The translations under genes and the position numbers were made by a program. The notes beneath the pieces were generated by a model. That model did not search any database and was not told the DNA's origin. It worked only from the letters and a program-made list of their open reading frames with translations. From a virus (taxonomy: Duplodnaviria > Caudoviricetes): a stretch of 50,803 bases of DNA. The stretch lies in the IMG/VR virus record IMGVR_UViG_3300025127_000062, positions 1 through 50,803 of that record, one strand, 5' to 3'. Shown here in pieces: positions 8,738 through 17,977 of this stretch (positions are counted from its first letter, which is position 1; every line of letters begins with the position of its first letter).

Positions 8738-11700
8738 TTAGTTCAAATCAGTTTTGGTTGTTAACGACGCAATTGTCAAGGGGTAAGGCTCTTCGTGTTT
8801 AATAGTCGGCACGTTTTCTACGCCAAAAGTAGAACCAGCCACAGGACGTTCTTTGTCAAAGCCTGTAAAGCCTCCTTCGTTACCATAAACAGAAGAAACA
8901 CGAACAGATTCAAATTTATCTTTAACTCCAAGTTTGTAAGTCCATGAATTAATTAAAAATGGTTTAACAGATATAATTCTAGCTGTGTCTGCACCATAGG
9001 CAGGTTTATTACGTGCATCCCACGTTGGAAACATCATCTGTAATTCTCCTGTGTATCTTAAGCCAACAACAACTCGAGATGCGTCTGCAGACTGTAGCGT
9101 GATATTACCGTCAGTAAGAGTCTGCTCTCCCGTGTATACGCCATCTTCAATAACAGCAACCGTATCCCCTGCGCCATAACGAACACTTACATCTGTGTCT
9201 ATAGTACCCTCTTGTGGCTTAACTAATTCTACGTAGCTGTCCAGCATAGGATAACTAGACAACTGTACTGGGTCTGTCTCTGCCAAAGCTTCAGTGTGTA
9301 TAAAACCATCTCTTTTGACGACAATCCATACCTGATCTAGCTCTGTGTCTGTTCCTCTGTGCAATATAGAAATATCAAGAACTTTTGCATCGGGTCCTAA
9401 ATCCTGTTGAGACCAAGCGTAAAACTCTTCTTGTCTGTGATAAGACAAACAAAATATTTTACCAGAAACAGTTCTTGCCCAAATTCTAGGTTGTGGCGTG
9501 TGCTGATAAGCAATCTGAGCAATGGAGTCTGTTAAAAAAATAGGATATATAAGCTTAGATACGTCATTAGAGGATGAGCTGTTTAAAGTCTGATCATACT
9601 TATACTCCATAAGACGAGTACCTGATTGATCAGGATAAAAAACAGAACTTGCAACAGTTTCTGCTTGTTGCTCACATGGCTCTTCTTCTGTAAGCTCCAT
9701 GCGAATTGTTTTAGGGCTAATACCATACTGATATTGATTTGGAACAATTCTATATATTCCACCAGTAGTTCCAATTACTAAGTCCTTAGCTGCATTCATC
9801 CAACGAACTCCTGCGTTCCTGTTAGAAAGTGCATACGTAATAGCATCCGTGTCTAAAACATCACCATCCTCTTGAGTTGGTTGAAAGCTAGTTTCATCAT
9901 CTGCGCGACTAAAGTAGATAAAGTTTGGATTACTATAGGTTCCTGCAAAAATTCTGCGTTGTTCAAACTTTGCTACAGTGCGTGGATAGTTTTCTTCGTA
10001 CCATGCTCCAAGTTTAACAGCTTCAAAATTACCCGCGTTTTCAAATGCAAGAGTCCTTTGATCTCTTGGAACAGGACTTATAAGCTGAACCACTACCTGA
10101 CGTGCGCTTATAAAGCGAACAATTTTCATAAACACATTGCCCGACTCCATACGACCAAATATATGCCGATCTATGTCTTCTGTTCTAAACGTATCCTCAG
10201 TAGAATTTATAAAGGCATCATTAGCTATAGGTGTTGATGTTATTCTGCTACTTGTTGGTGGACTAATTAAATTACCCGATGCGTTAACTCCTGGATTATA
10301 CTCCTCAACTTTTGGAACATTATCATCTGCGTTGTTGTAACATGCTACTACGTCAAATTGTTTTTGAGTAGACAAATTTCCAATTGTTGTGCTTAAATTA
10401 TTTGGAGGGTCGTTAACGCCACCTTGTTCAGAAAGAGCGTTTACAAAGCCATAAGTTCTGTTGCCATTAGGCTGAATAACAGCAGTCGCCGACGCTATGG
10501 TTCCAGCTGAGTTGGGACCCAGCATAAAGTAGGTTTTATCTAAAGGACCATAAACACGGTAAACACTACCAGCAGAATACACCCCGTTGTTGTAAGTTCC
10601 TCTGTAAAATTTTACAGGGTGATCTGAAGTTCCAAGATGTTCTTTGATCTTTACCCAACGAATAAGACTGCGATCCTGACCAACAACTACTTGGTTATTA
10701 CGCCTATCATCGGCAACACGAACCCACGAATTAACAAAACCTGATCCAAATACAATAGTATCAGACCTAAGATGAATTTGGTTGTCCTCTACTCCATCCA
10801 GCTTTAAAGCATTTGTGTCGTTCGCACCTGTAGCTTCTTCGTTGTCTAATAAAAACAACTGAGCTGTATTATCTTCAATGTTTAGCACAGAAACAACAGG
10901 TTCTACATATATAATAGTGTCTGTTGGGTCTTCAAGAGGATAGTTGGTTGAGCTACCTGCATGTACTGCTTTTGCTAAAAAATTATTACTATCGACCTTA
11001 TATTCAACATACCAAGATTTAGAATACGCCCCAGGCAAAACAGCTATATCAAACGAAAAATCTCCTGCATCGCCACCTAATAAGTCGTCGTTATCAATAA
11101 CTATGGTATCACCTACAGCGTATTCGTCGTTACCGCCAGTCATACCAGTTACCGTGCAAGCACCGTTAGCATCAACTACAATAGTAAAAGTTGCACCCGA
11201 ACCTGTACCAGTCGTGCTTTTTTGAAAAACTGTATAAGTGCCTTCGTCTCTAGTCGTATCTGCAGCACTAACATTCTCAACCTCAGGACTGTCAAAATCA
11301 GTAGCTATTGGAGCAAAATCTGTTGCGCTACTTTCAAGTTTTATAAATCTTTCGTTTTGTGAAATATTAAATTTATTAGACTCTGGCTCTTTTTCTAAGA
11401 ATGGTTCAACCTCAAAAGACAAATCCTCTAAAGTCCACGAATCATCTCCCTGAACCTCTGCGTTTGCTCTAAGCTCAAAAGGGGTATTAGTTCCAAAAGT
11501 TGTTTGGTTTCTAAAGTAAACATTATGAATGCTTAATGGGCTAATACCACCATCGCTTAGCTTACCAGACTGATAAAATGTTTTTACTCCACGAGCAAGT
11601 AAGGCTGAATAAAAATCAGCTGGAACACCTGTTCGTGTATGAGTAATGTTTGTATTATCAGTTATACTTCGCAAGGTTACCACTGCTTCTGTGTTTGCAG

Positions 11701-12673
11701 CAGTTGTTCCTACATTAAGTTTAATTTCAGCTTCAAGTACATCTGTTGCTATATCAGCCAAAGCTACTTCAGCCAAAGCACTGCTCATGTTGCTTTGATC
11801 GAATAGTTTAAGTTTATTATCTGAAAACTTAGCCGTAAATGACACATTAGGATATGTACCGTAATGTCCTGATTCTGTCTGATCTCCAAAATCGCCAATG
11901 TCCATTAGCGAGAATGTAAACATTCTTTCTGCGTCATTTGTAAGTGTACCTAATCCAAAATCAAACTTTGCTTTTGACAAGACTTGTTGTCCAGAGGTTG
12001 CTGCAACAATAGAAGTTGTTCGTATCAGCTTATAGTCTCCTGATGTTGACATCATACCCGTAGTTGGGTCTATCTCCCAGCCTCGGGTATTGTCATTTGC
12101 TATTTTCTGTCCTTCAAAAAACGAAGTATCTGCAGCAAAACCTGAAATATAACCCTCAGATGCGTCAAACGATGTATCAATCCCGTAACCTGCCGTAGAA
12201 AAAAGCTTAAGATTTGTACCATTAGCTTCTGTAGATTGAAGACCAAGCGATACAAATGTAATATCAGCTGTAAGTTTCCTAGGTCTATGGCGACCATGAG
12301 CTATATACAACTCACCAGTCTCCGAGCTAAATCGTAAGTCTTTAATATCTCCAGCGGAGTATGTTGTTGTAAGTATGTCCTTAGACACACCATTTGAATC
12401 AAAAATTTCAATCTGACCTGGAGTAAAAACAACTCTGTATGGCACGCTTGTTGCCAAAATAACGTCAACAGTTAAAACATCTTCAACTTCTGGAGCCAAC
12501 GTGTTGTAATATTTAAACCCAGTCCTGTATATAGCAGGACCCTGCAACGACGGAAAGAAGTTTTTAAACTTACGACCAGAATTAGCTATTCGTTTAATAT
12601 CAGTACGTCCTAAAACGTAATCGCTTACTAAACCGCCTGAAAAATCTGTTTGAACATTACTATACCTTGCCAT
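8738..12673 (-). CDS. Tail tubular protein B / nozzle (gp12-like) with large insertions
   Basis: N-terminal QTDFSGG...QGPAIYRTG; YPRTVAKFEQRRIFAG; YHRQEEFYAWS; C-terminal EPYPLTIASL; 1311 aa. Confidence 0.85.
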   Translation of the reverse strand: MARYSNVQTDFSGGLVSDYVLGRTDIKRIANSGRKFKNFFPSLQGPAIYRTGFKYYNTLAPEVEDVLTVDVILATSVPYRVVFTPGQIEIFDSNGVSKDILTTTYSAGDIKDLRFSSETGELYIAHGRHRPRKLTADITFVSLGLQSTEANGTNLKLFSTAGYGIDTSFDASEGYISGFAADTSFFEGQKIANDNTRGWEIDPTTGMMSTSGDYKLIRTTSIVAATSGQQVLSKAKFDFGLGTLTNDAERMFTFSLMDIGDFGDQTESGHYGTYPNVSFTAKFSDNKLKLFDQSNMSSALAEVALADIATDVLEAEIKLNVGTTAANTEAVVTLRSITDNTNITHTRTGVPADFYSALLARGVKTFYQSGKLSDGGISPLSIHNVYFRNQTTFGTNTPFELRANAEVQGDDSWTLEDLSFEVEPFLEKEPESNKFNISQNERFIKLESSATDFAPIATDFDSPEVENVSAADTTRDEGTYTVFQKSTTGTGSGATFTIVVDANGACTVTGMTGGNDEYAVGDTIVIDNDDLLGGDAGDFSFDIAVLPGAYSKSWYVEYKVDSNNFLAKAVHAGSSTNYPLEDPTDTIIYVEPVVSVLNIEDNTAQLFLLDNEEATGANDTNALKLDGVEDNQIHLRSDTIVFGSGFVNSWVRVADDRRNNQVVVGQDRSLIRWVKIKEHLGTSDHPVKFYRGTYNNGVYSAGSVYRVYGPLDKTYFMLGPNSAGTIASATAVIQPNGNRTYGFVNALSEQGGVNDPPNNLSTTIGNLSTQKQFDVVACYNNADDNVPKVEEYNPGVNASGNLISPPTSSRITSTPIANDAFINSTEDTFRTEDIDRHIFGRMESGNVFMKIVRFISARQVVVQLISPVPRDQRTLAFENAGNFEAVKLGAWYEENYPRTVAKFEQRRIFAGTYSNPNFIYFSRADDETSFQPTQEDGDVLDTDAITYALSNRNAGVRWMNAAKDLVIGTTGGIYRIVPNQYQYGISPKTIRMELTEEEPCEQQAETVASSVFYPDQSGTRLMEYKYDQTLNSSSSNDVSKLIYPIFLTDSIAQIAYQHTPQPRIWARTVSGKIFCLSYHRQEEFYAWSQQDLGPDAKVLDISILHRGTDTELDQVWIVVKRDGFIHTEALAETDPVQLSSYPMLDSYVELVKPQEGTIDTDVSVRYGAGDTVAVIEDGVYTGEQTLTDGNITLQSADASRVVVGLRYTGELQMMFPTWDARNKPAYGADTARIISVKPFLINSWTYKLGVKDKFESVRVSSVYGNEGGFTGFDKERPVAGSTFGVENVPTIKHEEPYPLTIASLTTKTDLN

Positions 12674-13271
12674 AGTTCTGATGTGCGCTTATAAAACACG
12701 AGTTGTCGTCGTTGATGTACTGTTGAGCTGGTCCTTGCCTGCCCTCTAGCATACGTGCTCTTCGAAGAGCAAGAACATACTGCTTGTGCAGTAGCTCGTG
12801 TCTATTCTCGGAACCAGAAAGCTCAATACTCATGTTCTGCGCCATGTGCAAAGTAAGTAGCCTTGTAAGAAAAGCTGGGAGTCCTTCTGCTGAGGTTTCT
12901 AAGCTAGGGACATACGTGTATGTTAGTTTTAACTTTGTTTCATCAGCGTAAAGCTTTCCGTTTGCAAAGCGGTAGTTAGAGCAAAGATAGTCTTCTGTTG
13001 TCTCTACATACAGAAATAAATTAAAGTCAGATGGCAGAGTGTATTCGTATCCAAAGTTCGCAAACTCTGTAGACGTAACACCAGTCAGCGTTGATCGTTT
13101 TGTATTGTAATTGAATATATTGTCACCAAACAGTTCAGTAACTGCTTGCGCAAAAGCACGAGTGGTTATCTCGTAAGTGCTACTTGTTTCGTCGTCAGCA
13201 TCAATATGATAACTGCCCACCATGCGCAGGGCAGAGTTCAATATTTCTAGCTTGTTTGCTTCAATAGCCAT
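12660..13271 (-). CDS. Tail tubular protein A / adaptor (gp11-like)
   Basis: LEILNSALRMVG, YEYTLPSDF motifs; 203 aa directly after the capsid gene. Confidence 0.85.
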   Translation of the reverse strand: MAIEANKLEILNSALRMVGSYHIDADDETSSTYEITTRAFAQAVTELFGDNIFNYNTKRSTLTGVTSTEFANFGYEYTLPSDFNLFLYVETTEDYLCSNYRFANGKLYADETKLKLTYTYVPSLETSAEGLPAFLTRLLTLHMAQNMSIELSGSENRHELLHKQYVLALRRARMLEGRQGPAQQYINDDNSCFISAHQNYGKV

Positions 13272-13275
13272 AAGT

Positions 13276-13312
13276 AAAAGTAGCCTCCCCCGAATCTGAC
13301 AGGGGAGGCTAC
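13276..13312 (-). terminator. Intrinsic terminator after the major capsid gene
   Basis: 11-bp perfect stem GTAGCCTCCCC/GGGGAGGCTAC followed by TTTTACTT on the minus strand. Confidence 0.8.
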
Positions 13313-13320
13313 AGACTAGA

Positions 13321-14424
13321 TTAAGCCTCTACGCAGCGAATTTCGCCAGTGACCTCACCCCACATACGAGATGCTTCAGCAGCAAGCTTGAAGTAAATGT
13401 AAGGGATGTTCTTCTTAGCGGGAACACGCCACATATCACCCTTAAGAGCCGAACCAACGGAGAGCTTAAGAGCACGAGGAGTGCAGACGATTACACGACG
13501 CTCATCGTTGTTAGTACCATCTGAGTTTAGTCCAAGACGCTCGGTTTGGATGAATCGGAAGCCCATGAACGTAGTGACTGAGCCTTCTGCAAGAGCCTTG
13601 CGAACAGCGAAGTCAGAGTTGATGATCTGCTCGATACTAAGAAGGTCATTGAACTGAGTTGATGTAAGGAAGCAGTTAACAACGTCATCCTGATTGATAG
13701 CTTCAAGGCGAAGCATTGTGCGACGAGCAGCTTTTAACTTCTCAAGGGTAAGACCCAGAGGAGCTGTGCTTCCAGTGTCAGTTTCGTCGTAGTTTGCACC
13801 AATAGAGAAACCTTCTTTATTACCAGTAACAATATCAATGCCGTTTTTCTTTGTCGAGGCATCATAAGTTGCAGTAACTGGATTAGCATCATTCTTGCTC
13901 AAAGCACCAATAGTGATATTGGTGTCACGAGTGGTGTCGGCGTCACGAGAGAAATCAACAGTTGTTCCACCGCTACGACCTGTGTATGCTTCTCCGAAGA
14001 TCTTGTCGATGATGATATCGTCAATCTTACGCTTACCAGAAGCAAGGAGAGCTTGTGTGTAAGCATTCATTGGATCAGTAAGAACTCTCTTGAGATCTTT
14101 CTCATCTACATACTTACCAAGCTCATAATCCTTAAGTCCGATACGACGACGATCATGTGCGATATCACTGTTAGGGTTATCACCAAAACGAGTAGCGTCC
14201 TCACTCATTGCTTCAGCGATGCCGATGCGGTCGAAGTATTGGAACTCTTCGTTTTGTGTTTCTTGTTCAAAATACGGCTGAAGCTTAGATTCAGTTTGCT
14301 GGTATGCTTGTTCAAAACCAGCTTTGAAAGCTTCAACGTATGCGGTATTTATGGCTCCACCGTTGCTAACTGCAGCAGCACCTGAGCCATTATCACTCAT
14401 GTAAGAGGGATTTGAATATGACAT
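13321..14424 (-). CDS. Major capsid protein
   Basis: 367 aa; YQQTESKL, FDRIG, HDRRRI, VDEKDLKRVL.DP, GSVTTFMGFRFI typical of podovirus capsids; after scaffold, followed by terminator. Confidence 0.9.
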   Translation of the reverse strand: MSYSNPSYMSDNGSGAAAVSNGGAINTAYVEAFKAGFEQAYQQTESKLQPYFEQETQNEEFQYFDRIGIAEAMSEDATRFGDNPNSDIAHDRRRIGLKDYELGKYVDEKDLKRVLTDPMNAYTQALLASGKRKIDDIIIDKIFGEAYTGRSGGTTVDFSRDADTTRDTNITIGALSKNDANPVTATYDASTKKNGIDIVTGNKEGFSIGANYDETDTGSTAPLGLTLEKLKAARRTMLRLEAINQDDVVNCFLTSTQFNDLLSIEQIINSDFAVRKALAEGSVTTFMGFRFIQTERLGLNSDGTNNDERRVIVCTPRALKLSVGSALKGDMWRVPAKKNIPYIYFKLAAEASRMWGEVTGEIRCVEA

Positions 14425-14473
14425 AATATTAAATAATTGAAGTTAAGTTTTAATTAGAAGTTTGCTTTTCGAT

Positions 14474-14594
14474 GAGCTACCCTTTCGGACTCTTCTAGTT
14501 ATAACGGAACCAACGGCTATCTGAAGCTGACACTAGGACCTAAAAAAGGCTACCCCAATATGATTGGGATAGCCCTGTTTAAGTAAGATGTCAA
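14474..14594 (-). promoter_or_regulatory. Structured capsid-gene leader: TTGACA, terminator-like hairpin and three similar internal-loop hairpins
   Basis: TTGACA 14594-14589; 12-bp hairpin 14548-14574 plus T6; G(G/A)TAGC/GT(C/T)C motifs at 14536-14554, 14507-14521, 14474-14492. Confidence 0.55.
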
Positions 14595-14600
14595 GTCGTT

Positions 14601-15518
14601 TTACTGACTTGGATACAAATTAGCGTAAAGATTAGCACGCTGATCTAGTATTTGCTGTCTTTTAGTCCTATCTGCCATCGAAAGCGATGATGGATTAGAC
14701 ATAATAAGTTGTGCATTACTAGAGTCTAGCTCTTGGATTGCAGACTTAATGCTGTGAACATTTTCGGAAGCAAAGCCACTAGCTGGGTTGTTGTTTGCAA
14801 GAGGCAAAGCATCACCAGATACCTCCGCTATGCGATGAAACACCTTTAACACCGCTGGATGATTAGCAACCACTGCGTCTGATTCAATCAACTCCCTCAG
14901 TTCGGGAATCTCTGAAGTTAACGCCTCGTAAGCCTGATTAGCTTGCGCTAGGTTTGTGTCATATTTTTCGCCCCACTCATGTTGAATAGACTCGCGGTAT
15001 GACTTAACCTCTGCCTCTACTTGTTCTTGACCAAGTTGGCTTCCCTCCATATTCATCTGCATGTAACGTTCATACAGCATGTCGAATTGGTTTTGATTCA
15101 ACCCCATTTCTGCTGAGAAGTCTACAAGTTCTTGGATAGCTTCTTCTCCGACTTCAGGTGTATTCTCTGCTCCTTCGTAGGAAAGCTCATCTGGGATAGA
15201 GTATTCGTTGTCTTTCGGTCTTACGTTGCTGTAGAAATCCTCCCACTGTTCAGACGTCCAGTCTTCTTGTGGAGCTGCAAGGCGTTTAGTTCCTAGAGCA
15301 CTCTGTGCGTTAACAAGCTGATCCGCTAGTGCGTGAACAGATTTAGTGTTTCGTATTGTTTCATTAGCCTTAAGTGCATCAGGCAATGATTCATAAAACT
15401 GACCGTAAGACTCTTCTGATGCAAAATCATATGAGTTAGACGCAGTTGCTTGTTCAGAGGCTACCTCTGCGGGTGTTACACCGCCTAGACCTCCTGTTGT
15501 TTCTGTTTCTTCTGACAT
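14601..15518 (-). CDS. Capsid scaffolding protein
   Basis: 305 aa, very acidic; EWGEKYD.NL, NHPAVLKVFHRI; between portal region and capsid. Confidence 0.8.
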   Translation of the reverse strand: MSEETETTGGLGGVTPAEVASEQATASNSYDFASEESYGQFYESLPDALKANETIRNTKSVHALADQLVNAQSALGTKRLAAPQEDWTSEQWEDFYSNVRPKDNEYSIPDELSYEGAENTPEVGEEAIQELVDFSAEMGLNQNQFDMLYERYMQMNMEGSQLGQEQVEAEVKSYRESIQHEWGEKYDTNLAQANQAYEALTSEIPELRELIESDAVVANHPAVLKVFHRIAEVSGDALPLANNNPASGFASENVHSIKSAIQELDSSNAQLIMSNPSSLSMADRTKRQQILDQRANLYANLYPSQ

Positions 15519-15519
15519 G

Positions 15520-15786
15520 TTATTTATTCTCCATCTCTATTTTGTTAATTAATTCTTGTGGATCGTCTTGACCCAATAGAGTGAGAAAGCTCATGGCTAA
15601 GCGTCTGCGTCCTTCACATTCGCGGAGCTTAGCTTCGTCTGAATGGAACACAGGCTTAGTTACGTGACACTCACGCAATAACACAGTAAAGAACCGCTTA
15701 CCGTGCGGAGTCTCTAGTATGTTTATTAAATCTTCTTTAAGCTTTGCTTTTTCGCGGAGCTTAGTCAGGGAATCTAAAACTCGCAT
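15520..15786 (-). CDS. Bbp19-like small head-module protein
   Basis: ETPHGKRFF..LLREC...EGRRRLA pattern; between portal and scaffold as in BPP-1-like phages. Confidence 0.65.
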   Translation of the reverse strand: MRVLDSLTKLREKAKLKEDLINILETPHGKRFFTVLLRECHVTKPVFHSDEAKLRECEGRRRLAMSFLTLLGQDDPQELINKIEMENK

Positions 15787-15787
15787 G

Positions 15788-17404
15788 TTATATATTTAAC
15801 AACTGACCTACGCCTTCAGGGTCTAGTTGTTTTGCCTGAGCAACATCCTTCATAGCCCCACCAATCTGTGGAGCCATCTGCGCTGCCTGCATAACTTGTT
15901 CTTGCTCAGCAGCAGCTTCTTGTTCTTCAGCAAGTTGTTGCTCGGTCTTTACCACTTCTGGAGCTACATTGCGATACTTCGCATAGCTAGCCAGAAGTTT
16001 TTGTTCGTCAATTGCTCCCATAATATCAGGTCTAACCTGAGCCAATGGAGCTAAATCTCTCATAAAAGAGCTGATATCTGAAAGTCGAGTAGCAAACTGA
16101 GACTGCGATGCTGGGCTAGAGTATGCAATCTCTAACGAAGCACCAGCTAAGCTTTCAGGTTTTTCAGGCATACGACCAGAACGCTCAAGCAACTCAAACG
16201 TTGCCTCAATAGCTGGTCCTAAATACTCGGATTCCATTCGGTTGAGAAGAGGAGCCAGCTGATTGAGCATCTGTCCTCTTACGTCTTGAATCTCAGTTAC
16301 GCTTTGACGCTCCTTCTTCTCTTGTCGAATAATCTGATCAACAAAGAATGCACGGTTAACAGAGTCACGATACATACGTATCATCTCCATAACATACTGT
16401 GGCTGGTTGCCTGCCATAATTGGCTGTGGCTTTTCACTACCAGGCTCATGAAACATAATCTGACGAGAGCCATACTTCATTGGAAGCATGATGCTGTCTT
16501 CCTCAGCAGTAAGTGTTGGAAAATTTAAATACTCAGCAGATGTAAGGGCTTCTTTAACCATCTTATTGAGTGCGCGGATTTGAGACAAGCAAGAGAAGGC
16601 AGGACCACGCCCATACACTTCGTCTGCTAGCTTAGACCAGCGAGGGACTAGCATTGTAAAATAACTAGAACCACTTTCTTGTAGCGGCTCCTTAAGAGTA
16701 GGACACCAGTAAGTTACTTTGTATGGACGTCCTTTACCGACACGACCGCCCTTCTTAGCAACCTTATCTGTGTTTGGCTCAATAGTATAAACAAGCTCAT
16801 ACTTGTTGTGGACAGAGTCATCCTTATTAAAACCATCCATGCCCTCTACCTGAGGGAATGCTTGCATTAACTGACGCGCAGTTTTATAACAGCGATAGTA
16901 AACCGTGTCTACTGTGCCATACTGGTCTGTGTCAAAGAAGACGTCAGCTAGTGGACGCGACCGAAAATTAACAACTCCGTTAACTTCAGATATCTGAACA
17001 GGAGATGTTCCGTAAGCTCCAACGTCTAAGAAACACTCATGACTAGAACTATAGAACTGAGACTGCGGTAGAGCAAACTCGTGTAGAATGCGGTCAGCGG
17101 CTGCCTGCAGGTAAGCTCTTTCTTTCGGTGTAACCAATTCCTGAGGCTTGTTTACAATCCGTAGATAAAACCACCGATCAGATTTTGGGATTAAATTAGA
17201 ACTTAGACCGTTAGCAAACATCTGGTTACACCAGACCGCCGTATCATCGAACAATCCCCGAGATCCGTCTTCCTGCTTAGAGGTGTGTCCGTGATCGAAC
17301 TTGTTAGAGTTCGGACGGACATACTTCTGTGCATCATAGAACATGCTGTCGAGGTTAGACCTCAACAGCTTTAGTTCTTCGTATCGCTGTAATAGTCTAA
17401 CCAT
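15788..17404 (-). CDS. Portal (head-tail connector) protein
   Basis: FDDTAV, DVGAYGTS, VPRWSKLADEVYGRGPA, SVTEI motifs; start placed at ATG 17404 rather than GTG 17422. Confidence 0.92.
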   Translation of the reverse strand: MVRLLQRYEELKLLRSNLDSMFYDAQKYVRPNSNKFDHGHTSKQEDGSRGLFDDTAVWCNQMFANGLSSNLIPKSDRWFYLRIVNKPQELVTPKERAYLQAAADRILHEFALPQSQFYSSSHECFLDVGAYGTSPVQISEVNGVVNFRSRPLADVFFDTDQYGTVDTVYYRCYKTARQLMQAFPQVEGMDGFNKDDSVHNKYELVYTIEPNTDKVAKKGGRVGKGRPYKVTYWCPTLKEPLQESGSSYFTMLVPRWSKLADEVYGRGPAFSCLSQIRALNKMVKEALTSAEYLNFPTLTAEEDSIMLPMKYGSRQIMFHEPGSEKPQPIMAGNQPQYVMEMIRMYRDSVNRAFFVDQIIRQEKKERQSVTEIQDVRGQMLNQLAPLLNRMESEYLGPAIEATFELLERSGRMPEKPESLAGASLEIAYSSPASQSQFATRLSDISSFMRDLAPLAQVRPDIMGAIDEQKLLASYAKYRNVAPEVVKTEQQLAEEQEAAAEQEQVMQAAQMAPQIGGAMKDVAQAKQLDPEGVGQLLNI

Positions 17405-17630
17405 ACAAGCCAGAACCACCACCTAGTGTGGCACGACCTTGGACTTTTTTATTAGTCTTTGATGCTTTTGGACGAGGCAACGTAGCCCCGCCAAACGCCT
17501 GAGCCGTTGTGGTCCTAGTACTTGCCTGACGCGCCTGCTTCACTGGTCTCCGAGCCATTGGCGCAGGAGGGGGAGGCGGTGCAGGTGGTGGTGGAGGAGG
17601 TGGTGGTGGTTTTGGTCTTGATGATCCCAT
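17397..17630 (-). CDS. Small proline-rich basic virion-assembly protein
   Basis: MGSSRPKPPPPPPPPPAPPPPPAP...RATLGG; typical position just upstream of portal. Confidence 0.65.
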   Translation of the reverse strand: MGSSRPKPPPPPPPPPAPPPPPAPMARRPVKQARQASTRTTTAQAFGGATLPRPKASKTNKKVQGRATLGGGSGLYG

Positions 17631-17958
17631 AATTCGATATACGTTTTAAAGAGTTCCAACTAAAAAATTTTTCCGAGTTTGGCTTGTTCATCCTGTGGTA
17701 TCGGGTAAACATGACCCTGTCAAGTGGAAATGGTGCAAGTTCGTAAAAGACTTCTAGTGTCTTACGAGGATCACGACTCGATGCGTAGGCTATCTTCCAG
17801 TATCGACCTTCGTCGTCCTCCAGCACTTCTCCCATTATAATGTAATTAGGCGAACTAAAATAATATCGCTCTTCTCCGTGTGGACAGTTCAAGTAGTAAT
17901 CCTGCAACCACACAAAATCCTGTTTTTGTGTGTGGTACAACACCACAGCTTCATCCAT
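17515..17958 (-). CDS. Hypothetical protein
   Basis: Aromatic-rich globular-looking ORF between terminase and Pro-rich gene; likely start MDEAVV; tail overlaps next gene. Confidence 0.55.
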   Translation of the reverse strand: MDEAVVLYHTQKQDFVWLQDYYLNCPHGEERYYFSSPNYIIMGEVLEDDEGRYWKIAYASSRDPRKTLEVFYELAPFPLDRVMFTRYHRMNKPNSEKFFSWNSLKRISNYGIIKTKTTTTSSTTTCTASPSCANGSETSEAGASGKY

Positions 17959-17977
17959 CAGAGAAAGTCGGTAGTCT

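Noticed and set aside
974-14385. Many short plus-strand ORFs opposite the structural genes (also 43375-49812 and minus-strand ORFs in the replication arm)
   Set aside because: Shadow ORFs of long genes with no independent coding signal.
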